A DNA stretch of 64,000 nucleotides from Ascidiella aspersa (GCA_963924565.1 OZ004608.1:6324001-6388000), one strand, 5' to 3'. Positions 51,301-64,000 are shown, counted from the first letter of the stretch. Notes: generated from the letters alone by a model not told the origin. A program made the numbers and translations.

Positions 51301-52878
51301 GAACTTAATACTGTCGTCATCGCAAAGAGCTTGGAGACTTCCTCGGTGGTGTCCAATGTATCGAACAAGCCTTGTGAATCCATCAAAAATAAGGCAATCT
51401 AAATAGAAGCATCAAAATACCAATAATTTCTGTAACTCTTTAGCCATAGGGAAAACACTAAACAACAAACTTTATTTGAAATTATGCACTCTTTTTGCCG
51501 CTTTATCTCATCTATCGCAATAATACTTTAAACGAGTTTTATTTATCAATAGGTTTCTCATTTTATGTTTTTTGCCATTTTTGTCAACATATGTGCCCCC
51601 AAACGTAAAAGTCATTTACCGTACTTTTTCATTTTCTGTGATGTTGATCCAAAAAGGCTTTTTGGAAATCCAGATGCCCTTTGTTTGAGCATCTGCTCCT
51701 GACCTCCATTGGAACAATGAATTTAGTTTGCCATCCAGATACGTTCTCCAATTCTGTTCCTGTAGTTAATTTTTACTGACTTTGTTTATGCTAATGCCAT
51801 TAATAGTTTATGTTATAGATGACACTAAAGTTGGAATAAAATCAATAGAAGGGTTGTCGACCTTTAAACGAAAATTGTTTGACAATATTTACCGTCAAGC
51901 ATAAAGCATAATATCTGAAGTAAAAATATCCCAAGCATCTACTATTGGAACCGCATAGGCTGCAAGTGTTGCTCCGGTTACTCGGTTTACGCTTATCTTG
52001 TATGTTAATGTTTGTTGCAAGAATTATATAAAATTACCTCACCGATTTCCAATTTTGCAAAATAGTCAGCAAACAAGCTGAGAAGGAATGACTTTCCTGT
52101 CCTACTTTCTCCGATGATTGATAGCACAGCAATTGGAGAATCCTTCACCACCGGCTGCCCAAATATAAATTCAATCGCGTGGTGGTCAACGGTGAATGAT
52201 CCGTTTTTGTCTAAGCTGCAAATCTGCTTCGAAAGTTCTTTAAAACATACATCAAGTTAGAGTGTTCAACTGCTTTTACATGTACTATAATATGATATTA
52301 ACATACCTTTGTGAACGTCGAAGGCCAAAGTATGGCTGAAACAAAAGGAATAATTATACAAAAAGAGAATACACTTTGGCGTTTTTGTAAACAACATATA
52401 CAAGTGAAATGTTAATAGTTTGCGTTATTTAGCACAGCACAATTAACCAGCATTAGAAACACTACAGATACCTCGATAGATGTGTGACCTTCAGGATAGA
52501 TTTTCCTGGAAAAATGTCTGGTTTCTCCGCATGCATACTATTTAGCACCTTCTGAAGGTTATTTTTCGCTTTTCCCGAACGAAGCATCTCCTTGAACAAG
52601 CTAGAGATTGCTTTGCGAATATAAAGTTTGAAATTTACCTGTCCTTTCGCCTCGTTAAGGAATACAAGTTGGAAGTCGTCATTTTGGAGCGCTGCAAATA
52701 AAATTGCAGCTGACCTTCCCTCTTTGAGCAAATCGATCACCTTTTGGTTCCAAGCCAAACCAACTTTGGAGATATTTTTCTCAAACTCGTACCATTGATC
52801 ATCATTCCAGTTATTTGCCCTAAACTCGGCGACACTTTGATAACTTATCGTCACCGGTATTGTTATAATTTCAGCCAT
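48354..52878 (-). CDS. Atlastin/RNF112-like GTPase B with an N-terminal ~135-aa (TRADD-N-like) domain and a C-terminal hydrophobic hairpin; interrupted by a poly(A) insertion with an in-frame stop (possible pseudogene or truncated allele)
   Basis: Exons 52878-52472, 52335-52307, 52237-52038, 51759-51625, 51398-51243, 51170-51120, 50863-50629, 49680-49475, 49388-49317, 49253-49053, 48951-48880, 48755-48354. G1 GESRTGKS, G2 FQWRSG..QTKGIW, G3 DSQG, G4 LLRDW. TAA plus A27 in the eighth exon. Confidence 0.85.
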
Positions 52879-54940
52879 TGTTGCCTGCAAGTATTTTTGA
52901 GTTAAATATAAGTTAGATAAATATGAAAAGAATGATTTTTAACAGAGTAAAAATTCGATCAGCTGGCTGTAGTACTAAGAAATACACACTTTTCTAAAAA
53001 AAGATATCTACACATTGAAATGCATAATTTCTTTTAACTACTTTTTAACTTAAGGCTGCATTACTACTGTCACACTTAATCATTATATAGATTTCACTGC
53101 GTTTGGCGTCAACCTTTCATCCAGCCTTTAGGACGCGAATGTCGTTCTACGCTTTGTGGGCGACCATGTTATATGACGTCGGACAAAGGCTTACCTAACC
53201 CGGAACAAGAAAAAAGCTTATGTCCTGTGAAATCAGAGCGAATATTGGTGGGAAATGTCTGGGCATGTTTTGAAAGCAGTTTCAAAGGTTAACGGTTCAT
53301 TTGGAGGACCGTTAGAAATAACCTAATGCTTAAACAAACGTTTACAAAGGCGACAAAAGCTATTTAACTGCGCAACAGTAAGGCAAAAATACAATGTTCC
53401 ATCGCCCCATTTTTATTTTTAACAATTTTAGATTGTGATGCTGCGGCTTTGCATCCAACAAAACTACCGTAAAGCCAGAAATATTTCAGTTGGGATAATA
53501 CTAAGACAATTTGATGCAATATTCACATTTTATAATAAGTTACAAAACTTTCTATTCCCCTACCCAATCTATTATCCTTTATCCTCTCCAATTGTGATGT
53601 GACAATGCGCAGGGCGCCGGTGAACCACTTCTATAGAGCTATAGTCATTAACAAACAACACATGCAAAAGAGTATATTATACGTACGTTTTGGGGTATAG
53701 GTCCAGGACGTCATTAGTACGAAATCTTTAATAATAAAAATTCGGTTGAACAACCCCTGTGCGAGTAATTGGGATCCTTTCCTCATAGGCGGCCGAAAAT
53801 TTTTGCAAAGTTACTAAACTTCATTGTAAGGCAAGAATAAACTTTCTGTATACTGTATAATTAAGAGTTTGAAAACAGTCCAGCACTAAAAATCGTTATG
53901 AGGAACAAAGAACACAAACTTACACGCAGTAATGATAATTTGTAGGGCTACGTAAAACTGATGTCGCATTGTACAACTATGCTATTTTGCTCGTTTGGAA
54001 TAAAGTTGTTTTAGATCTTTTTTATTAGCTTTTTCGTTCGCTTGGATTGTACATAGAACACTGAGATATGTATTCTTTTCTAGAGATAACTTGCATTATG
54101 TAATTTCTCTGCGCGTAATTTTTGAAACCTAAAACCTGATAGCGTTGTAGGATATGTAAAGGACAGGCTGATGCTAAACTGTTATGTGTTAATTAAAAGT
54201 CCCTATTAGCCTGTAAAATGAAAGACCACAATATCACACAACGCAGAGTTTTTAAGAATTTCAAAATAACGGCACTGCGTTATTCGATACATTCTGCCAA
54301 TAGGTCAACCGATTCCAAGCGTTACTCAGGGGCGCCATCCCACTATCGATTCGGCTCATTATAACTGGAAAGGAATTAGTCACTTCTATCCTCTTATTTA
54401 TAATTTCCTGAATGTTAGACCTAGGTAAGGAATCCAAAATCATCTGGAAAAGTTGATGTTTATCAATCTATACTTACCGATCTCTTTTCACCCATAAAAT
54501 GCCTTCCCCATATAATCGCAGTTTCTTGACTGTTTGGAAGATGCAATTAAGTCGGCACCGTTCGAGTTTTGTAAAGCGTGTACTTAATGAATCTATTTCG
54601 GACCAAGGATTGTAGACAGACAGCCTTGTTAAGGAGGCTACATCGCGCCAAACACTCCGAAACAGACTTTGTAAACACTTTAAAGCATTGCAGAATCGCA
54701 ATATATATAAATTTTTTGTATTCAGAAAGATGTTGTGAATCATAATTAACCCCTGGATCCATTGGTTGGATTTAATCTAACTTACTGTCGGTTTGCCCGA
54801 AAATTCCAAACTATTCTTTGTACCGGTATTAAAAATACAAATTATTTAGCTAAAATTTTTGAAATTTTTTTAAATTAAAAAAATCCTTTAAAAAAATTCT
54901 ATAAAAAGATTTAGGATGGCTTGTTTGTAAACCATTAGAC

Positions 54941-55378
54941 CAGTGGTCGGCAAACTGTGGGCAAGCCATTTTATTGGGAGAGTTACTTTCGATTAGCTGT
55001 TTTCATGTAGTTGTGAGCCGCGTGATAGCCGTACATTCATTGTACTAGTTTTAACAGTTTTGTGGCGTAGAATTTTTAAATTGGCTCAGCTTGTAAAGGC
55101 CCACGTGCCAAATGTGACCTTGAGAAAGCCGAACTGTACCAGCTTTTAGGTAAACAAAAAAAATTTCAAGCTTTCCGCGTATATTCTTCTTTTGTAGTAT
55201 GTTTTACATGCAATTTGACTTGGCAGTGTTTTGGGAATCGAGGCGCCGTCTAATATTTCCCCTTAAAATGAAATATCCTGAATCCGACACTGTTTCGGTA
55301 GTGGTTTTACGTAGTGGTCATCCAATAGCTCTAAAAAGACTACTTTGGGCTGCGACATAAAAAGTTTGCCGACCACTG
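54941..55378. mobile_element. hAT-type MITE
   Basis: TIRs CAGTGGTCGGCAAACT / AGTTTGCCGACCACTG; TSD CATTAGAC/CATTAAAC. Confidence 0.85.
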
Positions 55379-55922
55379 CATTAAACCATCTGTAAAAATT
55401 TTCAACACATTTTCTGATTTGGACTATAAGACTTAATATCAATTATATGGAGTTATGTATATTTTGTACCAGATCCTCGTTGAAATGACTGCCCTAAGCC
55501 TTATTTAGATGTCATTGTGGTGGCTATTTTTTTGTTAACTATAATTATATAATCGATTATTCAACATTCCGGTATCAGAGTTCTTTCTGTTGTTGTTTGT
55601 CAGTTGCATGTGTTATAAGTTATAAACAACTTTTCAGTGAAAAGTTATATGGTTTATATATTTCCGCCATTTGATTTCACACACAACCTAATTTCTTTGG
55701 CAGCTTGCCTAACACAACTCAGCCTGTCTCGCCAAACACAACCCGAGAATTGTTTTTCCAAAACTGATTGATGTTTTTACATAGAATTGTGCCAAATGTC
55801 GGGGGACTGCATTTCAAAGCCAATCATGTCAAGCACAATACTAATCAAAATCATTGTGGTTAGGCTTGTATCATAAACGAAATAGCAACTCGTGTTTACA
55901 TTCTAATCATTGCACGCACAAC

Positions 55923-56157
55923 CATGGGCGCCCGCAGGGGGGGGGGGGGGCAAGTGCCCCGCCCCTGGAATTTCAAAATGCGATTATTAGTATTATTTAT
56001 AAGTGTAATATGTATTACTTATGAAGGTTAAAAATATTATACATTATCCATTGCCCCCAGTGCCGTCTTCAGGGGGCGGGAGTTCTTACCCCCTTTTTGT
56101 AAGTGATATTATCGTTTTGTGTTCGTTTTTGTCATGGTTTTTTTGCGGGCGCCCGTG
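55923..56157. mobile_element. MITE with CATGGGCGCCCGCA / TGCGGGCGCCCGTG ends
   Basis: TIRs plus perfect 8-bp TSD CGCACAAC. Confidence 0.85.
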
Positions 56158-57832
56158 CGCACAACCAATATAATCTGTGTTGGTTTATGTTTGGTTGTTC
56201 AGATATAGGTCTGTACAAACATATACACAGCGCTTTGCAAAGCAGCTGGCTTGCCGCCCGCGAATGTTTTCCTGATAACAAAACGCCGTTTAATGGTGAA
56301 TAATCAAACGCGCAACAATGATCCATCACAGTGCTCTTAAACCTTTTGTGGTTGATCAACCCTTAAAGTTGTTGTGACGAACTCATGCAGCATTAGCTCC
56401 TCCAGCCGATCTTGCTTCTCCCGCCAACGTCCAACATCCAGCAGAAGATAAAAAAGAAAAACGAAACGCCGAAACGTTATTTTAGATATAATTAACCAAT
56501 TTGCCATTGGATGACGCCCCTGAGCAGCAAAGATGCGGGATCGGTTTACCCTTTTGCAGAAGGTATACAATAAAGCTCAAGTTCTCCAAAATAGTATAAT
56601 ACGTTTTTTTTATTGACCAATCGAAGGCTAATAAAGCAGATTTTACCATACCCTCTGTAAAATTACCAAAACGAGCACTAGGGACTTAAATTTAGCGTTT
56701 ATTAGTCCTGAGCCTAGAATAAACTCCTATTTTTTACGTGCCAACATCTCGTTGTATGCTTAGACAAATTAAATTTTACATGGAAGAGCAAAGTGCTTAT
56801 TTGATCCAAAAACGATGTGCCTATTTAATGTCATTTTAGCACAGGCTTCGGACACTTTATAAAAGTTTGTTTAGATTCTTTATATCAACATACAGTATAC
56901 AGTTTTATTTTATTGGTCGTGTAACATCGTAAGTCTGTAAATCATTCTTTTGTTTGTGAAATAGATGCTGAATTGTTTTTACGTCGTGTATGTAACATCT
57001 TGCAAATAATATTTATCCCATTGCAATAAAGTGATTTGAAAAGTTCTACGAAGTGCAGGGTAAATATCTTTACCAACTTTGGAAATTTAACGATGTTGAT
57101 GTTGCCACGTTGATGTTGAAACTACGCAGCTGTTACTGCACTTCTTAAGCTGTTATTAATTAACCCAAGTAGTCCTCGTGACGAATTGTCGTGGGCAGTA
57201 ACCGATATTGGATATAATAAGCGAGTTGAGATTGTGCGCTACCAGATTAAAGCCTACCGAAATATTGCCAGATTGATAGTAAAGCTGTAAAAATCAAACT
57301 GATTACAGATTTATGTTTATATTTGTGAGAAAATGAAACCAAATCAAACATGTCGTTAATCAACAGTGAAAAAATGAATGGCATAAAGTCTAGACTGCCA
57401 GACTGATTTGAGGCTAAGATTATGTTTAAAAGGGCCTTCGAATTCAATCAGACAGCGATTCATCTTTGGTTCCTGCTTTGGAAGGGAGTAAAGTTGAATG
57501 GGAGTGAAATCGGCTGGGTAATAAGCGCCCATTTAAAACGGCTTACATCAATAGTACTACATTTGTTTGGCCCATTTGAAGTGATGACGATCTGACTTAA
57601 ATTAAAGAAAGCCATTCGGGAGGCATAGTTTAATTGGAAAGTTAAATAGGGTATTAGTGAGTGTAAAAACGCCTAACACCGATCATAGTATATTTTCGAT
57701 AATAGTATATACAATTGCCGAGCAATACGTTTGAACAAATGAGGTGGGTCCCACTAATAACATTGTAGCCTAACTTTCATGGTTGCGAGCTTGGACTCAG
57801 TTATAACGATATTTATTCATGTAAAGGCAGAG

Positions 57833-60800
57833 ATGTCTGACTTGGAAACGATAAAAGTTACTTTAATCTATAAAAGTGACGCTGAGTTTAAGGCGAGCAA
57901 TTGGGGTGATGAGGAATGGCTTAAGTTTGGAAAAAGTTTACCGCCCAACGGGTTTGGTTGGAGTGAGAAGGGCCACGAAAAGCTAAAGGCTGGGGGTGCC
58001 ACTGCAATTTTGTTTGTGGCGCTGCAAGACAATGGTCACAGGCCGACGTCGATTTCCGAGAAGCAAGGACAAGTTAACTTTGACCTTAAAGTTCTGAAAG
58101 ATTTAGAAGACTCAATAAATGAATACATACGGTCAGGAAAGTTTAAGTTCAAGGTTCAGCAGGCTCTGGATAAAATGCATGCCGAGATGAGCACTGTTTT
58201 TCCAGGTGGATTTGCTCTGACCGTGACGTCAATCACAAGGTATCTATAAATATTGGACTCAAAAAACGGTTTTTAAGCGTTTTTCAAAGTTTAAAACATG
58301 TCGCACAAGTCTCTAGAAACCGTGAACTTTTTCCTTTGTTAGTGGAAATTGAAATGAGTTGCGAGATATGGGTGGGAAACATATTATGGCACCAGCCATA
58401 ATTTTGCCTATTGAAAGTAAAATCATAGGCTTGTGAAAAGTAATAAAATTTACCGGGAGAGAAAATCATGATTGTCATGTTGACAAAGATTGAACTTTAT
58501 TTTTAGTTTTGCTTACTAGTACCATAGTTACTATTCAAAATTTAATTTGAATGTTTTTATTTTGCTAGTCCTTCTGCTATCATCAACGTCGACAATGGTA
58601 ATTGTTTTGAACTATTTGTTTAATTCGTACTCAAATAAACATTTAAACCGATATTTTATATTTATTTTGAAGAAATTTCACAACAGGTTTGCAAAATGGA
58701 AGACGGTTGTCTAACAGTTGTTCCAGAAGCGATTGAATCGATATTTGGGCAGCCGTTGGTAGACGAATCTCATGTCGCTGTAATTTCCATAACAGGAGAA
58801 GCGAGAACCGGAAAGTCGTTTTTGCTTAGTTTACTATCTCGCTACTTCGCAAAATTGGAGCTAGGAAAGGTAATGATGTACATACAATTTTGTAGTGTGT
58901 CAAATTGTGGAATATATGATACTTATTTATAAATTGGACCATTTCGTTTTATTTCTATGTAAACACACGTGCTGTAATCTCAGATTAACTTTTCTGTTGA
59001 GTTAAAACACAAGTCTAAACCTACAAAAAAGTTAACAAAAACTCATAAAGAGTATTTCAGTCAACTTTGTGCAAATTATAAATTAAAGCCCGTTTTTGGG
59101 TGCAATATAACCAATTTTAATTATTTTTTACGCGTTTCGTACGAGTCTTCACCGCTAACGACTATATAATGTGAACAGAGTTTTGCAGGAACTCTAATTT
59201 CATTGATAACAGTTACGTCATAGAGTAACGCCATGACACGAAAAAACCTAAAAACGCATGACTTCGTGACTCGCGGACCCCCTTTGGGTGCGATCCTATT
59301 GTCTACATTTTAAGTATAATTTGATACTTCGTTTAGTGAGTAGTCTAACATACATTCAACAGGATATTTAGCTAAAATTTTTCTCATTGATTTTCAATAA
59401 AATAATGAACATATGGATATGTTGTTTATTCGTTCCAATTTCCGAGTTTTCGAAGGAGCAGTACACTATGCTTATCATACAGGCAGACGAATGGAAAAAT
59501 GATCTGGATGCAAATGTGAACACATTGTTTAACTGGAGAGGTGGTGACAGCGCACAAACTAAAGGAATATGGATTTCAAAAAAGCCTTTTTGGATTGAAA
59601 CTAAAAATGAAAAAGTGATTGCATTTCAGTTATTTTATATGCTGACGTTCTACATTATTTTATATGTTCTCAGTGCTATATATATGATAAGATATTTCCT
59701 TCATGCACCCCTATTGTATGCCATTTGGGTTGTAGCTTTATTTCTATTCTTTGTTTATGACGTTTGGTGAATTGACTTATTCTCTTCACCCAAACAGAAA
59801 CCACACCAAAAATGGTTACAGCTATTTGTATTGGTTTAGCATGTCATTCTTGAATATTTAATATTCAGATTGCAGTGTTTTTGATGGATTCACAAGGGTT
59901 GTTCGACACAGTTGATACGAACACAGAAATGTCAAAACTCTTTGCTATGAGTGCTTTGTTTAGTTCGTTTCTGACACTAAATGTTGTTAAGAAAGTGTCC
60001 GCCCCTAACCTTCAAGCACTTCAGGTTGGTATGTTTACCATAACTCAACTTTACACAAATCTTAACAGAAGAATATATTTTATTATAGAAGTTTGCAGAG
60101 TACGCTGAAATCTTTTGCGAGCCTGGAGTGAAATATGAGGTAAGAGTAACAAAACAGTGCGCTAAACGACCCTAAAGCAATACATCAATATGTCCTATAG
60201 TTATGGTAATAATTAACCTACATTAAATTTGTTGCCATACCTTGTTTGGTTGATATTATTATCCACTTTGAGTATATGCCAAATTAAAAAAAATATAACG
60301 AAGGGAATTGTAAAATATTTGTAATGTTCATGTTTCTCATGATTTGTACGAACTGGGAAAATACTTTTAAAAACACATAAGACGTATTGCAAAATTATAG
60401 TTTAACTTCTTCGACCCTGCTTAAGACACTTTTTTATATGTTAACTTTACAGTCTCTTCTTATTTTGATACGAGATTGGAACGGAAAAAAATCAGGGTTT
60501 GGCTTTAAGGCTGGCCGAGAACACATAAAATCGACTTTGCAATCTAAAAGTGTGGCCAAAGAAAACAGGAAGGCGTCGGACCAACTTCTAAATTCATTCA
60601 ATAAATATGAGTGCTTTGCTCTACCAGAACCTGGCAATGAAATCCGGAATTCTGATTTTGAAGTCAGCAAAAGTTATAGCTTGGAAGGTATAAACAATTT
60701 ATAATCAATAAGTTAATTTTATATGTTTCATTACACAAAATCATTCATTTTTTATCTGTCAATTAATTTACTGTACTTAAATGGATATAATTTAAACAAT

Positions 60801-62671
60801 TGCTTTTTCAGTATTTGCTTTTCTAGCTCTAGCTCTAGCTCTAGCTCTAGCTCTAGCTCTAGCTCTAGCTCTAGCTCTAGCTCTAGCTCTAGCTCTAGCT
60901 CTAGCTCTAGCTCTAGCTCTAGCTCTAGCTCTAGCTCTAGCTCTAGCTCTAGCTCTAGCTCTAGCTCTAGCTCTAGCTCTAGCTCTAGCTCTAGCTCTAG
61001 CTCTAGCTCTAGCTCTAGCTCTAGCTCTAGCTCTAGCTCTAGCTCTAGCTCTAGCTCTAGCTCTAGCTCTAGCTCTAGCTCTAGCTCTAGCTCTAGCTCT
61101 AGCTCTAGCTCTAGCTCTAGCGAAAAAAGTCTCTTGTGAAAAAAGTGCGCACATTTTTGAGGGCAGTTCAAAATGTGTTTTTATTTCTAAATTTCTATTT
61201 CAAAGATTATATAACTGAGTTTTTTTTTCTGTTTTCGCACATTACTTTTATTAAGTAACGTATGTTCGCCAGGTATGTGAAAATCCCACAGTTTTGGGGT
61301 TACAGAAGCCAGAGCATAGTGATAAATGAGCCGCATGCTGCCCAAGAGCTGCTGGGTACCGACCGATGAGCTAGCTCAGTGATTTTAAAACTGGCTTGCT
61401 TAGGCCCCTAGGGATGCATGAGAGGGTTTAACTGGTCCGCATAACAATCTCCTGTTTAAAGGCAGATAACACATTATTATTCTTATTGAAGTTTATTCAT
61501 AAAATCAAAAATATTTTGACAGCTTTGTGCACAAGAAATAGTATGAGTACCGGATTTAATGTTAGATTGCACTGTAGGACTTCAATTTTCGCTCTTATGA
61601 ATTACTGGGGTATGCCGATATCTGAATAAAATATACGGGGTTCGGTTGAAAAAGTATACGACCACCGGGCTAGAGGGCAGCATATTTTTTTATTTAAATA
61701 GCAGGACCTTTTTTGTTTTGAGTATGCCATGGTAGCAGAAATCAGTTAAGTAAACTTTATGTGTATTTAGACAAATTTCCAATCTCACCAGGACAATGGT
61801 TTTTACATTAATTGTTATTTTAAAAACGTATTTAACTTATATTTCTAGTTTTATCGCGTTCACAAACCCAGGACGACTAATGAACAAAAACATAAAGATT
61901 TTTTTTAACTTTGTTGTACGAAATATTGTCAACCAAAGACAAATTGAGTTAAAGCACTGATTTAAAATAGCGCGTCATAGCTAAACTAGTGACACACTTG
62001 GCTATATCAGGCCAGCGAAATTAAGCCAAATGTAACAACATACATTTTTTATATATTGCCAAATATGTTTATTTTTCAGATGTTGGAGATCTGTTTCTAG
62101 AACACGTAGAAGATCTTGCTAAAGCTCTGTCAAATGAAATTACTCCAAAAAAATACGGAAAAACTGTTTTAAAAGGAAAAGATATGGCAACCTTGGCAAC
62201 GTTTTGCGAGAAAAAAATGAGGCTTCCTAACGTCGACATAAAACTGTGTTTAAAAAAAGTAATAAGATATATTGAGGTTATCATATTTTGGATCTAATTT
62301 ATCTTTAGAACATTTTTAGGGTAAATATGATTACGACGCAGCAAAGGCAACCACAGATTGCATGATGGAATTTATAACAATTTTGAAAAAGGTTTGTTTA
62401 TAAGATACATTTTAATTAATGTATCATTCGTTTATGCCTTTGTTAATCAAACTTTTATCTAACATTGCAGGAGTTTAAGATTTTACGAAAACATAAAAAG
62501 AAGTTTGACAGACAAATGGTGAATGACATTAAAAGCAAATGCTCCGATGAAGTAAAACAAAAATTTGAGGCTTCTCTCGCTTCAAAAGATGCTGCTTTTC
62601 GAAAAGAAAAGTTACAACTTTTTGATCAACTCGTGGACAGCTATTGTGAAGAAATTGTTGAAGAAATAGAG
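57833..62671 (+). CDS. Atlastin/RNF112-like GTPase C with an N-terminal ~135-aa (TRADD-N-like) domain; last exons presumably beyond the window
   Basis: Exons 57833-58239, 58569-58597, 58673-58869, 59483-59614, 59869-60024, 60089-60139, 60453-60687, 62080-62258, 62320-62391, 62471-62671. Same intron positions and phases as gene B. G1 GEARTGKS, G2 FNWRGG..QTKGIW, G3 DSQG, G4 LIRDW, CFALPEPG. Confidence 0.88.
60822..61121. repeat. Perfect hexanucleotide microsatellite (TCTAGC)50 in an intron of GTPase C
   Basis: 300 bp of uninterrupted units. Confidence 0.97.
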
Positions 62672-63047
62672 GTAATTCAAATATGTCGGGAAAATATTTT
62701 ACTTTTTTTTTATTATTATTGTTTAAAATTTGAACTGATAAAGGACTTTCTGTATAGTTCTACCTGCAATGTAAATAGATTTCACCTGCAAAGTGGCAAT
62801 AGTTTGCAAAATCTACCTGAATGTTTCTCGATTAAACAAAATAATGAACCCATCATGCTGTATGATCTTCATCACTATTGCGTATTACGCTGAGCATGTC
62901 AATCTAAATTGGTTATAATCTAGTGTTTGTGCGATTATAAAACAAATAAATATCGCAATTCCGTTCGTTGACTATTTGTCGCTGATTGCGGCTTAATTGA
63001 CCTAAAGGTTTCCAACAGTCTGTATGGAAGCGGCATTTAATCGAATC

Positions 63048-63910
63048 CAGTGGCGTATCCAGGGGGGTTGGGTGTTCGAACCACCCACTTTTCGTTAGTG
63101 ACAGTATCGTTTTTTGTTCGTTTTGTCAGAATTTTACTCACCGTTCTAAGCGGCAATGTTTTTAATGTAATTAGGTCAGGCGTCTTAAGCTAATGCGAAA
63201 CCAAAATCAAACGCAAAACGCCGTTTTTCGTTTCTTGTCCGGTCGACCGTAAACGCAGAATGGTTTTTCTCTTTCGCCTTTCGTTATTCGTTCGGGTTGG
63301 CTGATCAGCAAGTGCGCTTTACAATTAAAAACAATAAATCAAGCGGTTTTCGTTTTTTCTCGCTAAAGTTAGGCGCAGCTGATGTTCCTCGCTGTTCGCT
63401 GTCTGCGCTAACTTCCGATGTGGCGTAAGTCTGCAAGACGTGCCTATATTTTAACTGACTTGGCACGCAGTCCGGCGAGATGTTGCGCTAATCGAATAAC
63501 ACCCGGGAAACCGATCTTCGTTTAGTATTGCAGGTGGCGAGAGATGTGCTTGTAATTTAGCTTACTCCTGTACATGGATCTACCAAAATCAATCACACAT
63601 ATTTCACGGTCTTGGTTTAGTTCTCGCCTAAAGTTAACATTTGCATACTAAGCGGTCTCGCAGCTGGCGCCGGCAGGATTGTCAACGACGCACGTGTACT
63701 CTTTGCATTTAAAGTTTCGCTTTTGTTGGACGTTAATGGACGGTTTTTGATTAGTTATTTATTTATTTATGATGTCATTGCAATCACTATTTTATGACGT
63801 TATACTCGTTACTATTTTATGACGTAATTGACGTCAGACGAAAAAACGGGAAATTCCCTAAGTTGTAAATTCGTGACCCTCCTCATTTTGGATTTCTGGA
63901 TACGCCCTTG
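63048..63910. mobile_element. Non-autonomous hAT-type element
   Basis: Ends CAGTGGCGTATCCAG / CTGGATACGCCCTTG with perfect 8-bp TSD ATCGAATC. Confidence 0.85.
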
Positions 63911-64000
63911 ATCGAATCGCGTGTTATACATTATAGAATTCATCTGCTTGACTGCTAAAATAGTTGGTCGTCTTTGTAATCTAATATTTCCATAATTTTT

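Noticed and set aside
52878-53200. Spliced-leader trans-splicing inferred from acceptors just before the ATGs
   Set aside because: Candidate cis donors exist upstream (e.g. AG|GTAAGC near 53195), so ordinary non-coding first exons explain it.
54261-54762. Adjacent minus-strand ORFs between GTPases B and C with a GTAAGT donor
   Set aside because: The implied intron would be only ~33 nt and I recognise no domain; a BLASTX search would be needed.
56337-56570. DVGRWREKQDRLEEL, faintly like the GTPase DVG...EEL exon
   Set aside because: Similarity is too weak and no proper acceptor or neighbouring exons are present.
60723-61171. Poly-Ser, poly-(LE) and poly-(AR) ORFs
   Set aside because: Translations of the intronic (TCTAGC)50 microsatellite.

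Overview
AT-rich, intron-containing animal DNA (many 60-70 nt introns and many hAT-type MITEs; an invertebrate such as an ascidian is plausible but is only inferred). Most ORFs in the supplied track are wrong-frame or spurious, so the genes were rebuilt by hand from splice sites and intron phases. Left half (1-36.7 kb): three minus-strand type I membrane C-type lectin receptors produced by segmental duplication. They share closely related lectin domains whose sugar-binding loops have diverged. They differ in stalk (long mucin, short, or none) and use two unrelated tyrosine-motif tails: a YxxP-rich tail, or a tail with an ITAM-like pair, an ITIM-consensus site and a PDZ-type C-terminus. A near-perfect 4.27 kb tandem duplication copies the TM+tail exon cassette. 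Right half (37.3-64 kb): three divergent atlastin/RNF112/GBP-superfamily large GTPase genes. Two are head-to-head and carry an extra single-exon ~135-aa N-terminal domain whose pattern resembles TRADD-N; one of these has a poly(A) insertion with an in-frame stop. The best candidate for an undescribed system is an innate-immune island combining paired-type lectin receptors with TRADD-N-like/atlastin-like GTPase fusions.
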